Source of the DNA: Centroscyllium fabricii
Lineage: Eukaryota
Direction: 5' to 3'
Assembly: GCA_051313645.2 (NCBI GenBank)
Contig: JBNRSN020000026.1
Span: 8,618,001 to 8,682,000, forward strand
DNA: 64,000 nt
Each line of letters opens with the position of its first letter. Within the stretch, counting starts at the first letter, position 1. The notes beneath the pieces were generated by a model. The model was not told the origin of the DNA and did no database searches. It worked only from the letters and a program-made list of their open reading frames with translations. The translations under genes were made by a program, and so were the position numbers. This document shows positions 1-12,380 of the stretch, piece after piece.

Positions 1-152
1 TCCCCCCCAGTCTCCCTCTCTTCCCCCAGACTCCCTCTCTTCCCCCCCAGTCTCCCTCTCTTCCCCCCCCCAGTCTCCCTCCCTTCCCCCAGTCTCCCTC
101 TCTTCCCCTAGTCTCCCTCTATCTCTCTCTCTTCCCCCAGTCTCTCTCTCCC
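1..152. repeat. Pyrimidine-rich minisatellite, unit ~21-23 bp (ccccagtctccctctcttcc)
   Basis: About six imperfect tandem copies visible; runs off the window start. Confidence 0.9.
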
Positions 153-504
153 CTTTTGATCCTCGATCTTTCCCACTCCCCCACACCCACCAACGGATCC
201 CCTGACCTCTGCACGGAGCTGATTAAAGCATGTCCCATCTGGGTACTGCGTATGCACTACTCCGGTATACCGCAAGCCGGCGCTGAAGGCTGAAAGGTGA
301 ACAGAGCATGGGGAATTCTCCCACTGTAAGGGCAAAGGTCAAGGGAGAAAACCAAACCCCTCCTGGCATTACAAAAACCCATCAGCCATCGGAACACAAC
401 TTCAAAAGCTGCAACTGGGATCGGCTCTAAGGTCGCAAGACTCACAATCGAGTCGGTCTGGAATCCCGGGGCCAGTGTGTATTGGGCCACTATCCCGCCA
501 CAGC

Positions 505-1203
505 TACTGTCCAGTTCTCTGCGCGGCATTTCAATTCATTGACGTGAAGTGAAGATCATGTCCATTGTGCCCCTTAGTGGGTGGAATCTGCATTGCGACT
601 CTGGGAGGAGCTCTTCGGCCACTGGGAGAAGGCAATTAAGGAGGATTCTTGCGATGACCTTCCCTGTGGCAGACAGCAGGGAAACTCCTCTGTAATTAAC
701 ACAATCGGACTTGTCACCTTCCTTGGAAGATGGTCACAATTACAGTGTCTGAGATCCCCTGGCATGCTCTCCTTCCAGATAAGAGAAATGAGTTCATGAA
801 TTTGCACCAGCAGTGCTTCTCCGCCATGCTTTGGTGCCCCGGCGGGAATTCCATCTGTTCCTGAGGCCTTGTTGTTCTCAGTTGTCGGATGGTCTTTTCA
901 ACCTCATGCCGGGCTGGGGTTGTGCTGAGATGGTGGTGGGTAGCAGGCTGTGGGATGGAGTTGAGGACATTCGCGTTGAAGGCAGAGTCTTGGTTAAGGA
1001 GATCTTTGAAGTGCTCCTTCCAGCAGGCACTGACTGCCTCTCTGTCCTTGATGAGTACATCTCTCTTCTGAGACCGCAGTGGAGTAGGACCTTGGGTGCT
1101 TGGGCCGCAGATGGTCTTGACTGCGCTAAAGAATCCACGCACGTCAATTTGTCAGCTAGCTGCTGGATCTCCTGCGCTTTCTCCATCCACCATCTGTTGT
1201 TTA
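505..1203 (-). mobile_element. RTE-clade LINE fragment (linker and start of RT), decayed
   Basis: Minus-strand translations RWWMEKAQEIQQLAD, RGFFSAVKTICGP, WKEHFKDLLN and GFHPLRGTMDMIF resemble RTE ORF motifs; frameshifted. Confidence 0.8.
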
Positions 1204-2368
1204 GGTTACAAATTGTGATGGAATACAATTCTGCTGCTGCTGATGACCCACAGCGTCTCATGGATGCCCAGTTTTGATCTGCCAGATCTGTTCTGAATCT
1301 ATCCCATTTAGCACAGTGGCAGTGCCACACAACACAATGGAGGGTCTTCTCAGTGTGAAGATGGGACTTCGTCCCCACAATGACTGTGCGGTGGTCACTG
1401 CTGCCAATACTGTCATGGACAGATGCATCTGCGACAGGTAGATTAGTGAGGACGAGGTCAAGTAGGTTTTTCCCTCGTTGGTTCACTCACCACCTGTCGC
1501 AGGCCCAGACTGGCAGTTATGTCCTTTAGGACTTGGCCAGCTTGGTCAGTAGTGGTGCTACCGAGTCACTCTTGGTGAGGACATTCTGTGCCCTTCCTAC
1601 TCCCAGTGCTTCTTCCAGTGGTGTTCAACATGGAGGAGGACTGATTCATCAGCTGCAGCAGGTTTCCTTGCCCATGCCTGACATGAAGCCATGAGACCTC
1701 ATGGGGTCCATAGTCAATGTTGAGGATTCCCAGGGCCACTCCTTCCCGACTGTATACCACTGTGCCACCACCGCTGGTGGGTCTGTCCTGCCGGTGGGAC
1801 AGGACATACCCAGGGATGGTGATGGAGGAGTTTGGGACATTGGTTGAAGGGTATGATTCTGTGAGTGTGACTATGTCAGGCCGTTGCTTGACTAGTCTGT
1901 GGGACAGCTCTCCCAATTTTGGCACAACTCCCCAGATGTTGGTGAGGAGGACTTTGCAGGGTCGACTGGGCTGGGTGTGCCGTTGCCAGGTCCGTAGCAG
2001 GTGCCAAAGTCAATGCCGGATGGTCCATCCGGTTTTATTTTTATTATTTTGTTTCGTAGTGGTTAATTGCAACTGAGTGACTTGCTAGGCCATTTCAGAG
2101 GGCAGTTAAGAGTCAACCACTTTGCTGTGGGTCTGGAGTCACATATAGACCAGACCAGGTAAGGACGGCAGATTTCCTTCCCTAAAAGGACATCAGTGAA
2201 CCAGATGGGTCTTTACGACAATCTGATGGTTTCATGGTCACCATTACTGATGTTAGATTTTTTTTTTATTCCAGGTTTCTTTAAATAACTGAATTTAAAT
2301 TCCCCAGCTGCCGTGTTGGGACTTGAACTCACGTCTCTGGGTCATTAATCCAGGCCTCTGGATTACTT
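1204..2368 (-). mobile_element. 5' part of an APE-endonuclease LINE (clade uncertain) preceded by a tRNA-SINE-like leader
   Basis: APE motifs LLTNIWG, DIVTLTES, RQDRPTSGGG, LDLVLTN and SDH; Pol III B-box-like GAGTTCAAGTCC on the minus strand at 2319-2330. Confidence 0.75.
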
Positions 2369-2691
2369 GGACCATCACGAGCTGAAGGTCATCACAATTG
2401 CATCTTACTCTGTTCTCACCTAGTGTGCACAAATGAGCACTTCCTGCAAGGGTCACTAAAATCAAAGTCAGGAGAGGGGACTTGGCCAGGGATCCCGAGA
2501 GAGGCGGAGACTAATTGCAGCAACTGCTACTCCAGCAGAGACCAGATGTCTCCACAGAGACCAGCGCTCAAATTTGGGATCCTCTTGGTCTGTAAGGCTG
2601 TGCCACACCACACGGTACATTTATCCAATATTTTCTTTCAAGTGGAGAAAATAAATGAGTTCTGGTTATCATTTTAGTGACCAGGCAAGAT

Positions 2692-3426
2692 GGGCCAGAA
2701 ATTCCAGTCTGCCCACATCGGGTTTAAGCTCTGGTACGAGCGCACCAGAGCTTAAACCCGCAGGAAGCAGCCGGTTGCGCTGCTTCAGGTTTTCCTATGC
2801 CGGCCAGCGGGGGGGTTGGAGTTCCTGTGAGGGCCAGCGCAGGAACCAGCGAACTGCGGGTTGCGTCCAGTAATTCGGTTTTAAAAAAAACTTTTTCTAT
2901 GGACCAAGACCAGGAGATTCTACGCTGCAAAAAAGCAGTCGTACATATCCGTTTTTATCTGGTAAGTGTGTATTTTATTGATTTTAATTGTTGTTTTTTC
3001 AGGTTTTTAGTTGTTGATAACTTTAAAGACAGGTAAGTATTTTTTTAGACCTGTTGGAAGTTGAAAAAACTTTCTGTAAATTTTTATTTTTTCTTTAAAA
3101 TAGGTTATTTGTGTTAGTTGGGGTAATGTTAAAAAATGTGGTGTTTTTAAAATTTTATTTTTGAGTTTAGATGTCTTTTGGGCAATCTCTCCTTTCAAAA
3201 CTTGCACAGATTTCTCAGTGGATGTTTTGAACGGAGGATTGGTTCCACTGATTGGATTCCTGCCAATCACGTGGTCTCAAAAGCCATCTCGAACTAATTA
3301 CGCCCTTCAGATGCCCATGAAGCTCTAACAAGCTGGGCTAACTCCAATTTCGGAGTGCAAAAAAGCAAACCTGATTATAGACAGTGCAAGTGCAACTAGC
3401 AGGTACTCCACTGCAATTTCTGGGCC
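2692..3426. mobile_element. Non-autonomous TIR element (PIF/Harbinger-like MITE), copy 1
   Basis: Imperfect TIRs gggccagaaattccagt / actgcaatttctgggcc; a closely similar copy lies at 19398-20130. No clean TSD. Confidence 0.7.
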
Positions 3427-4013
3427 GATAGCAACATAATAAGCTTTCAAGTAGTTGCATGTTCTCTGGAGTACTAATTATTCACAGCGTCAGACTTCGC
3501 ATTTAAATAAAGACTGAAGTTTATATTTTATGCATTTCATCCACATTTTCTCCCTCCACAACCTAGCGGATAACAGCCACAAATCCAGCAGAGACACACA
3601 GTGGGTAACCTCAGGCTTTTCCAACAGTCTCTCTAACAATTCCATTCAGTGGCCAGCTGATGGGGTTGCTGACATGCAAACTCATGTGGAACTCCTCCAA
3701 CTCTCAAGGTGCCGTGCCTAATACTCTAGCCAAGGTTATTAAACCATCGGGGGATTGCCAAGAAGCTCTTAAGTATGTTAAAAAGCTACCTTCACTTTTA
3801 ATGGGGCAGATAAATAACCGCAAAATATCAAGGCAACTATTTAACATCCATCCTCACACACCATGCACTGAAATGGATTACAACACTTGGAAGGAAAACT
3901 AGACAAAGATGATTGTATTTTCCTCCCACTGTATTAAGTGCAATTGAACCATACAGCCCAGAATAATTCCAGGTTCAGTACCAAATTAAATAGCTCAAAT
4001 GAAGAATAGCCAC

Positions 4014-4259
4014 TGTGGTGATATTGAAACTTCCAGCAGAAAGTCTAATGATCTCTGCATATGTATTTCCTGTGACATCATTTCCTTTTTACATGTCACT
4101 TCCTGTATATATGTCACTTCCTGTCTAGTGGTATAAGTTCTGCTGCTATCCAGTCTGGGATGATGCTTCCCCTGTAAGCATGTGAAACTCTAACTCTGTA
4201 AATAGTTGATTAAAGCTTTGCTTAGAGTTATTGATGTGTAGGTCTCTTTTGTCACATCA
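4014..4259 (+). mobile_element. Solo LTR related to the Gypsy element at 32628-45653
   Basis: TG...CA ends, 5-bp TSD GCCAC (4009-4013, 4260-4264); reverse-complement similarity to LTRs 32628-32872 and 45407-45653. Confidence 0.92.
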
Positions 4260-4869
4260 GCCACTTTGAGAGAAAAACTGGGGGGGCTCCAAGCAACCAT
4301 GGAGCTGTATCCCAGAATAAATACTCCTTCTGACGAAGGGGGAAGGAAATGAGTTAACGAAAATTTCGGTAGAAAATTGGAAGTGGGGACAAAATGGCGC
4401 TACATTCAAAGTTTTCCTCGCCTTAATTTGGAAGCCCGTTCAAAAAAAAATCCTGCAAAATTCAACATGATCTTGAACACAGTCGAAGGTGTGGGACTTC
4501 CAATTGCAGCTCAGTTAGGTCAAGAAAAGTATGGCTTGAAAAAAGTTAACCCTGTACTTCATTGGAGTAGGAAGAATGTAGCCCATTTTTATTGCTATAC
4601 TCAGTCCAAAATAACTCTTACAACCCAAGCCTAGATAGATCAGAGACATCTGGCCACACTTTTGTCATTCTCAGCTGCCAGAATTGAAGGTCTACTTTTC
4701 AAAATATCACAATTTTGGTGGCTCATAAAATTATCCTATAATTGTCAGTGTATAAAGCAACTTAAGAATCCTAGAGTCAGTTGCTGCAAAGCCACTTATG
4801 GGTGAGTAACATGATTCTTTTTTTAAATTAATCATAAAAATTCACATAAAAATAACAGTGGAGTAAATC

Positions 4870-6392
4870 ATCGAATCCAAATAGCACAGCACAGAAGGAG
4901 GCCTTCGGCCCATCGAGTCTGTGCCGGCACTTTCAAAGAGCAATCCAGATAGTCCCACTCCCCTGCTCTTTCCCCATATCCCTGCAATTATTTTCTCCTT
5001 CAAGTATTTATCCAATTCCCTTTTGAAAGCTATTGTTGAATCTGTACTGAGCCCTGCAGAACCCCAGGAAACAGCCTTCCAGTGACAGAAACACCCTTCC
5101 ACCATTATCCTTCATTTCCTGCATCTGAGCCAATTTTAGATCCAACTTGCCACTTTGTTTTGGGTCCCATGGGCTTTCACTTTCGTGACCAGTCTGCCAT
5201 GCTGGACCTTATCAAAAGCCTTGCTAAAATCTACACAGACTACATCAAACACACTACCCTTATCGGTCCTCCTTGTTACCTCCTCAAAAAATGCAATCAT
5301 TTAGAAAGTTCTTGGAGATTCACATGCTTAAAGAAAAAAAGGGACGCTTATAACAGATACCAAGGACTCAATACTGCAGATAATCTAGAGGCGTATAGAA
5401 AGTGCAGGGGTGAAATTAAAAAGGAAATTCGGAAAGCGAAGAGGGGCATGAAAATATATTGGCAAGCAAAATCAAGGAAAACCCAAAGATGTTTTATAAA
5501 TACATTAAGAGCCAGAGGATAACTGAAGAAAGAGTAGAGCCTATTAGGGACCATAAAGGTAACCTGTGTGTGGAAGCGGAAGACATGGTATGGTTCTTAA
5601 TGAGTACTTTGCGTCTGTTTTCATGAAAGAGACGGTGCAGACACTGCAATCGGAGGAGGAGTGTGAAATATTAGATGAAATAAACATCGTGAAAGAGGAA
5701 GTATTAAAGGCTTTAGCATCTTTGAAAGTGGATAAATCGCCAGGCTGTTAAGAGAAGTAAGAGAGGAAATAGCAGAGGCTCTGACCATCACTGTTCAATC
5801 GTCTCTGGCTACACGTGTGGCGCCAGAGGACTGGGGGACTGCTAACGTTAGTCAGACACGACCTTCCCTTAACAAATCCGTGCTGACTGTCCCTGGTTAA
5901 TCCGTGTCTTTTTAAATGAAGATTTATCCTATCTTTCAGAATTTGTTCCAATCATTTTCCCACCACCGAGGATAGGCTGACTGGCCTGTAACATAGAAAC
6001 ATAGAAGATAGGAGCAGGAGTAGGCCATTCAACCCCTCGAGCTTGCTCTGCCATTCAATGAGATCATGGCTGATCATCCAAACCCAGCACCCTGTCCCTG
6101 CCTTGTCCCCATATCCCTCGATCCCCATCAAGCCTGCACCGACACATATCCCACCCTATCCCCGTAACCCCACATACTCAACCCCCCTAACATTAAGGGT
6201 CAATTTATCATGGCCAATCAACCTAACCCGCACATCTTTGGACTGTGGGAGGAAACCGGAGCACCCGGAGGAAACCCACGCAGACACGGGGAGAATGTGC
6301 AAACTCCACACAGATAGTACCTGAGGCTGGTAATTACTCAGTCTATCTCTTTCTCCCTTTTTAAACAACGGTACCACGTTAGCAGCACCCCA
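4870..6392 (-). mobile_element. Rearranged CR1 LINE ORF2/3' end fragments (block ~5300-5850 is on the + strand)
   Basis: Motifs QHGFVKGRSCLTN, VPLFKKG, LNEYFASVF, KVDKSPG; CR1-type 3' tail near 4870-4930. Confidence 0.85.
5992..6329 (-). mobile_element. HE1-type V-SINE, 5'-truncated, with CR1-derived tail
   Basis: V-domain (rc of gtgtggagtttgcacattctccccgtgtctgcgtgggtttcctccgggtgctccgg) and a (tttctatg)n tail; interrupts CR1 at ggcctgtaa/ttactc. Confidence 0.88.
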
Positions 6393-6642
6393 GTTATTGA
6401 CCTCTCTGCTGAAGGAAATGGATTTAAGGAGCGGGGGGAGAGAGAGTGGCCCAGACTCACCGGCGCCAGCAGCAAGAGCGGCCCTCGGTGGAGACTGAGC
6501 GCAGAGACTGAGGATTTAAACGCGGCGAGAGAGAAGTAAAAAGTAATCGAAGTGTGACATCACCAGAAAGCAGGTAAGTGATTAGTTGCTGAGTACTTCT
6601 ATTTTTCTCGCTTTGTTCCAAACTTACTTTTTGTGGTTATAG

Positions 6643-7043
6643 AAACATAGAAACATAGAAACTAGGAGCAGGAGTTGGCCATTCGGCCCTTCGAGCCTGC
6701 TCCGCCATTCAATGAGATCATGGCTGATCATCCAAACCCAGCACCCTGTCCCTGCCTTGTCCCCATATCCCTCAATCCCTATTGACCCTGCACAGACACA
6801 TATCCCACCCTATCCCCGTAACCCCACATATTCAATCCCCCTAACACTAAGGGTCAATTTATCCTGGCCAATCAACCTAACCTGCACATCTTTGGACTGT
6901 GGGAGGAAACCGGAGCACCCGGAGGAAACCCACGCAGACACGGGGAGAATGTGCAAACTCCACACAGATAGTACCCGAGGCTGGATTTGAACCCGGGTCT
7001 CCAGTGCTGTGAGGCAACAATGCTAACCACTGTGCCACCGTGC
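6643..7043 (-). mobile_element. Near full-length HE1-type tRNA-derived V-SINE inserted in the CR1 5' UTR
   Basis: On minus: A box TGGCACAGTGG, B box GGTTCAAATCC, V-domain, CR1-type tail; tatag on both flanks. Confidence 0.9.
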
Positions 7044-7172
7044 TATAGTTTCTACGGCCTCTGTTGTGTAGCGGGGAGTGCTAGTAAACAAGAACCCTCA
7101 AGTACATCATTTCATTGTAGTGTAATTAGTGGTATTGATTTGATTTAATTTCAATTAATTAAAGGGTAAGTC

Positions 7173-8115
7173 ATGGCAGCACAGCTCGGCCCCATGGCAT
7201 GCTCCTCCTGCACCATGTCGGGAATCAGGGACACTTCCTGTGTCCCTGACGACCATGTGTGCAGGAGGTGTACCCAGCTGCAGCTACTGGCAGACTGCAT
7301 TGCGGCGCTGGAGCTGTGAATGGATACATACTGGAGCATTGGCAATGCTGAGGACATCGTGGGTAGCACGTTTAGGGAGTTGGTCATACCGCAGGTAAAG
7401 GCTGTGCAGGCAGGAAGGATATGGGTGACCACCAGGCAGAGTAGTAGGGCCAGGCAGGTAGTGCAGGGGTTCCCTGTGGCCATCCCCTCTCAAAAGGATA
7501 CACCGCTTTGGATATTGTTGGGGGAGATGGCTTCTCAGGGGAAGGCAGCAGTGGCCAACTTCCTGGCACCAGGGGTGGTTCTGCTGCACATGACGGGAGG
7601 AAAGGAGCAGTATAGTGATAGGGGATTCTATTGTAAGGGGAATAGATAGACGCTTCTGCGGCCGCAAATGAGACTCCAGGATTGTATGTTGCCTCGCTGG
7701 TGCAAGGGTCAGGGATGTCTCGGGGCGGTTGCAAGGCATTTTGGAGGGGGAGGGTGAACAGCCAGCTGTTGTAGTGCATATAGATAGCAATGATATAGGT
7801 AAAAACCAGGATGAGGTCCTAAAAGCTGAATATAGGGAGTTTGGAGGTAAATTTTAAAAAAGGACCTCAAAGGTTGTAATCTCAGGATTGCTACCAGTGC
7901 CACGTGCTAGTCAGAGTAGAAATAGACAGATATTTCAGATGTATACGTGGCTAGAGGAATGGTGCAAGGGGGAGGGATTCAAATTCCTGGGACATTGGAA
8001 CCGGTTATGGGGGAGGTGGGGCCAGTACAAATGGGATAGTTTGCACCTGGGCAGGACCGGGACCGATGTCCCAGGGGGAGTGTTTGCTAGTGCTGTTGGG
8101 GAGGGTTTAAACTAA
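7173..8115 (+). pseudogene. CR1 ORF1 remnant (Cys-rich N-terminus plus SGNH/GDSL esterase)
   Basis: MAAQLGPMACSSC...CRRC, GDSIVRG, VVHIDSND, DSLH; stops and frameshifts. Confidence 0.85.
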
Positions 8116-8299
8116 AATGGCAGGGGATTGGGAACCTGTGCAGGGAGAAAGAGGAAAGGGACACAAGGATAGAAGCAAAAGACAGGAAGGAGAAAAGCAA
8201 CAGTGGGAGGCAGAGAAATCAAGTATGTAAATCAAACAGGGCCACAGTAAATAATAATTCTAAAAGGACTAGTGTGTTTAAAAAAAAAGCCTGAACGCT

Positions 8300-11031
8300 T
8301 TGTGTCTTAATGCGAGGAGCATTTGTAATAAGGTGGATGAAATAGCTGCACAAATAGATGCAAACGGATATGATATAATTGGGATTTCGGCGACATGGCT
8401 CCAGGGTGACCAAGGCTGGGAATTCAACATCCAGGGTTATTCAATATTCAGGAAGGATAGGCAAAAAGGAAAAGGAGGTGGGAGAGCATTGCTGGTTAAA
8501 GAGGAGAATAACACAATAGTAAGGAAGGATATTAGCTCTGATGATGTGAAATCTGTATGGGTAGATCTGAGAAATACGAAGGGGCAGAAAACGTTAGTGG
8601 GAGTTGTATACAGACCCCGCAACAGTAATGCTGAGGTTGGGGATGGCATTAACAGGAAATTAGAGACGCATGCAATAAGGGCACAGCAGTTATCATGGGT
8701 GACTTTAATCTACATATAGATTGGGCTAACCAAATTAGTAACAATACTGTGGAGGAGGAATTTCTAGAGTGTATACGGGATGCTTTCCTGGAACAATATG
8801 TCGAGGAATCAACTGGAGATCAGGCCATCTTAGACTGGGTATTATGTAATGAGAAAGGATTAATTAGCAATCACGTTGTGCGAGGCCTCTTGGGGAGGAG
8901 CGATCATAATATGATAGAATTTTTCATTAAGATGGAGAGTGAAGTAGTTAACTCAGAGACTGGAGTCCTGAATTTAAATAAAGGAAACTACGATGGTATG
9001 AGGTGTGAGGTGGCTAGGATAGATTGGGGAATGTCACTCAAAGGGTTGCTGGTGGGTAAGCAACGGCAAACATTTAAAGATCACGTCGATGAACTACAGA
9101 ATTTGTTCATCCCTGTTTGGCATCAAAATAAAACAAAAAAGGTGACTCAACCGTGGCTAATGAGGGAAATTAGGGATAGCATAAGATCCAAGGAGAGGAC
9201 ATATAAATTGGCCAGAAAAAGCAGAATCCTGAGGATTGGGAGCAGTTTAGGATTCAGCAAAGGAGGACAAAGGGATTAATTAAGAGGGGGGGAAATAGAG
9301 TCTGAGAGTAAGCTTTCAGGGAACATAAAAACTGACTGTAAAAGCTTCGATAGATATGTGAAGAGATAAAGATTGGTGAAGTCAAGCATAGGTCCCTTGC
9401 AATCATCATCGAGGAACTTATAATGTGGAACAAAGAAATGGCTGACCAATTAAATACATACTTTGGTTCCGTCTTCACAAAGGAGGATACAAATAACTTT
9501 CCAGAGATGTTGGGGAACATAGGGTCTAATGAGAGGCAGGAATTGAAAGAAATCAATATTTGTAGGGAAATGGTGTTAGGGAATTTGATGAGATTGAAGG
9601 TAGATAAATCCCCAGGGCCTGATAATCTACATCCTAAAGTACTTAAGGAAGTGGCCCTCAAAATAGTAGATGCATTGCTGGTCATCTTCCAAAATTCGAT
9701 AGACTTTGGAACAGTTTCCATGGATTGGAGGGTAGCTAATGTAATCACACTATTTTAAAAAGGTGGTAGAGAGAAAATGGGGAATTACAAGCCTGACATC
9801 AGTTGTGGGGAAAATGCTAGAGTCCATTATAAAAGATGTAACAGCTGAGCACTTGGAAAACAGTGACAGGATGGGACAAAGTCAACATGGATTTACAAAA
9901 GGTAAATCGTGTTTGACTAATCTACTGTAATTTTTTGAGGATGTAACTGGTAGAATAGATAAGGGAGAACCAGTGGATGTGGTGTATTTGGACTTTCAGA
10001 AGGCTCTCGATAAGGTCCTGTATAAGAGATTAGCGTGTAAAATTAAAGCGCATGGGATTGGGGGTAAGGTACTGACTTGGAGAGAGAACTGGTTGGCAGA
10101 CAGGAAGCAAAGAGTTGGAATAAACGGGTCTTTTTCCGAGTGGCAGGCAGTGACGAGTGGGGTACCGCAGGGATCGGTCCTTGGACCCCAGCTATTCACA
10201 ATATCTATTAATGATCTAGACGAGGGAGCTCGATGTAATATCTCCAAGTTTGCAGATGACACAAAGCTGGGTGGGCGTGTGTGCTGTGAAAAGGATGCCG
10301 AGAAACTCCAGTATGATTTGGACAGGTTGGGTGATTGGGCAGAAGCATGGAAGATGCAGTACAATGTGGATAAATGCGAGGTTATCCACTTTGGTGGCAA
10401 AAACAGGAAGGCAGATTATTATCTGAATGGCAATAGATTGGGAGAAAGGGAAGTGCAACGAGATCTAGGTGTTCTTGTGCACCAGTTGCTGAAGGCAAGC
10501 AGGCCTTCATAGCGATAGGATTAGAGTACAGGAGCAGGGATGTCTTTCTGCAGTTGTACAGGGCCTTGGTGAGACCACACCTTGAGTATTGTGTGCAGTT
10601 TTGGTCGCCTTATCTAAGGAAGGATGTTCTTGCCATGGAGGGAGTGCAACAAGATTCACCAGACTGATACCTGGGATGGAATGACATATGAGGAGAGATT
10701 GGGTCGATATTCGCTGGAGTTTAGAAGAATGAGAGGGGATCTCATTGAAACTTATAAATTCTAACAGGTCTGGACAGGCTAGATGCAGGAAGGATGTTCC
10801 CAATGGCGTGGGAGTTCAGAATCAGAGGTCACAATCTAAAGAGAAGGGGTAAGCCATTTAGGACAGAGATGGAGGAATTTCTTCACCTAGAGAGTGGTGA
10901 ACCTGTGGAAATCTTTACCACAAAAGGCAGTTGAGGCCGATTCATTAAATATATTCCAGAAGGAGTTGGATATATTTCTTAAGGCTAAAGGGATCAAGGG
11001 ATATGGGGAGAAAGCAGGGACAGGGTACTGA
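8300..11031 (+). pseudogene. CR1 ORF2 remnant (APE endonuclease plus reverse transcriptase)
   Basis: CLNARSI, MGDFN, SDHN, KSPGPD, YLDFQKA, GVPQGSVLGP, KFADDTK; several frameshifts. Confidence 0.92.
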
Positions 11032-11584
11032 ATTTGGTTGATCAGCCATGATCTCATTAAATGGCGGAGCAGGGTCGAGGGGCCAATTGGCCTACTCCTG
11101 CTCCTATCTTCTATGTTTCTATGTCCTTCCTATCCAATCTAGGCCCCTTGTAATTTTATACACCTCAGTGCAATCTCCCCTCAGCCTCCTCTGTTCCAAA
11201 GAAAACAAGCCCAGCCTACCCAATCTTTCCCCAGAGCTGAAATTCTCCAGAGCTGACAACATCCTCATAAATCTCCTCTGTACCCTCTCTAGTACAATCA
11301 CATATTTCCTATAATATGGTGACCAGAACTGTACACGATACTCTAGCTGTGGCCTAACCAGTATTTCATACAGTTCAAGCATAAACTTCCTGCTCTTGTA
11401 TTCTATGCCTCGGCTAATAAAATAAAATATCTCGCATGCCTTCTTAACCACGTTATCTAACTGCCCTGCTACCTTCAGGGATCTGTAGGCATGCACTCTG
11501 TTCCTCTACACTTCTCAGTATCCTACCACTTAATGTGTATTCCTTTGCCTTGTTAGCCCTCCGCAAATGCATTACCTCACACTT

Positions 11585-11896
11585 GGGCGGCACGGTGGCA
11601 TAGTGGTTAGCACGGTTGCCTCACAGCGCTAGGGGCCCGGGTTCAAATCCGGCCTCGGGTGACTATCTGTGTGGAGTTTGCACATTCTCCCCGTGTCTGC
11701 GTTTGTTTCCTCCGGGTGCTCCGGTTTCCTCCCAGTCCAAAGATGTGCGGGTTAGGTTGATTGGCCAGGATAAATTGAATCTAAGTGTTAGGGGGATTAA
11801 ATATGTGGGGTTACGGGGATCGGGTGGGATGTGTGTGGATGCAGGCTCGATGGGCCGAAATGGCCTCTATCTGCACTGTCGAGATTCTATGATTCT
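11585..11896 (+). mobile_element. Full-length HE1-type tRNA-derived V-SINE
   Basis: A box TGGCATAGTGG 11596-11606, B box GGTTCAAATCC 11640-11650, V-domain, gattctat-repeat tail. Confidence 0.92.
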
Positions 11897-12380
11897 CCAG
11901 ATTGAATTCCATTTGCCTCATTTCTGCCCACCTGACCAGTCATTTGAAATCTTCCTCCAGTCTACAACTTTCTGCCTCACTATCAACCACATGTCCAACT
12001 TTTGTATCATCTGCAAACTTCTTAATCATGTCCCCTACATTGAAATCTAAATCATTGATACATACCACAAAAAGCAAGGGACGCAGTACTGAGCCCTGCG
12101 GAACCCCACTGGAAACAGCCTTCCAGTCACAAAAACACCCGTCTACCATTACCCTTTGCTTCCTGCCACTGAACCAATTTTGGATCCAACTTGCCACTTT
12201 CCCTTGGATCCCATGGGCTTTTAATTTTCTGACCAGGCTACCATGTGGAACCTTATCAAAAGCCTTGTTAAAATCTATGTAGACTGCATCAAATGTGCAA
12301 CTCAAATCGACCCTGGTCGTTACCACCTCAAAAAAAAATCAAGTTAGTCAGACATGTCCTTCCCTTAACAAATCTATGCT

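Larger units (their letters stand above)
6400..11123 (+). mobile_element. Near full-length CR1 LINE, decayed (5' boundary approximate)
   Basis: ORF1, APE-RT ORF2 and a 3' tail ending cttctatgtttctatg occur in order. Confidence 0.93.

Noticed and set aside
160-475. Unassigned segment ending ggaatcccggggcc, possibly a MITE end
   Set aside because: No partner end or second copy in the window.
11585-11660. tRNA gene
   Set aside because: A and B boxes are the head of a multi-copy SINE.
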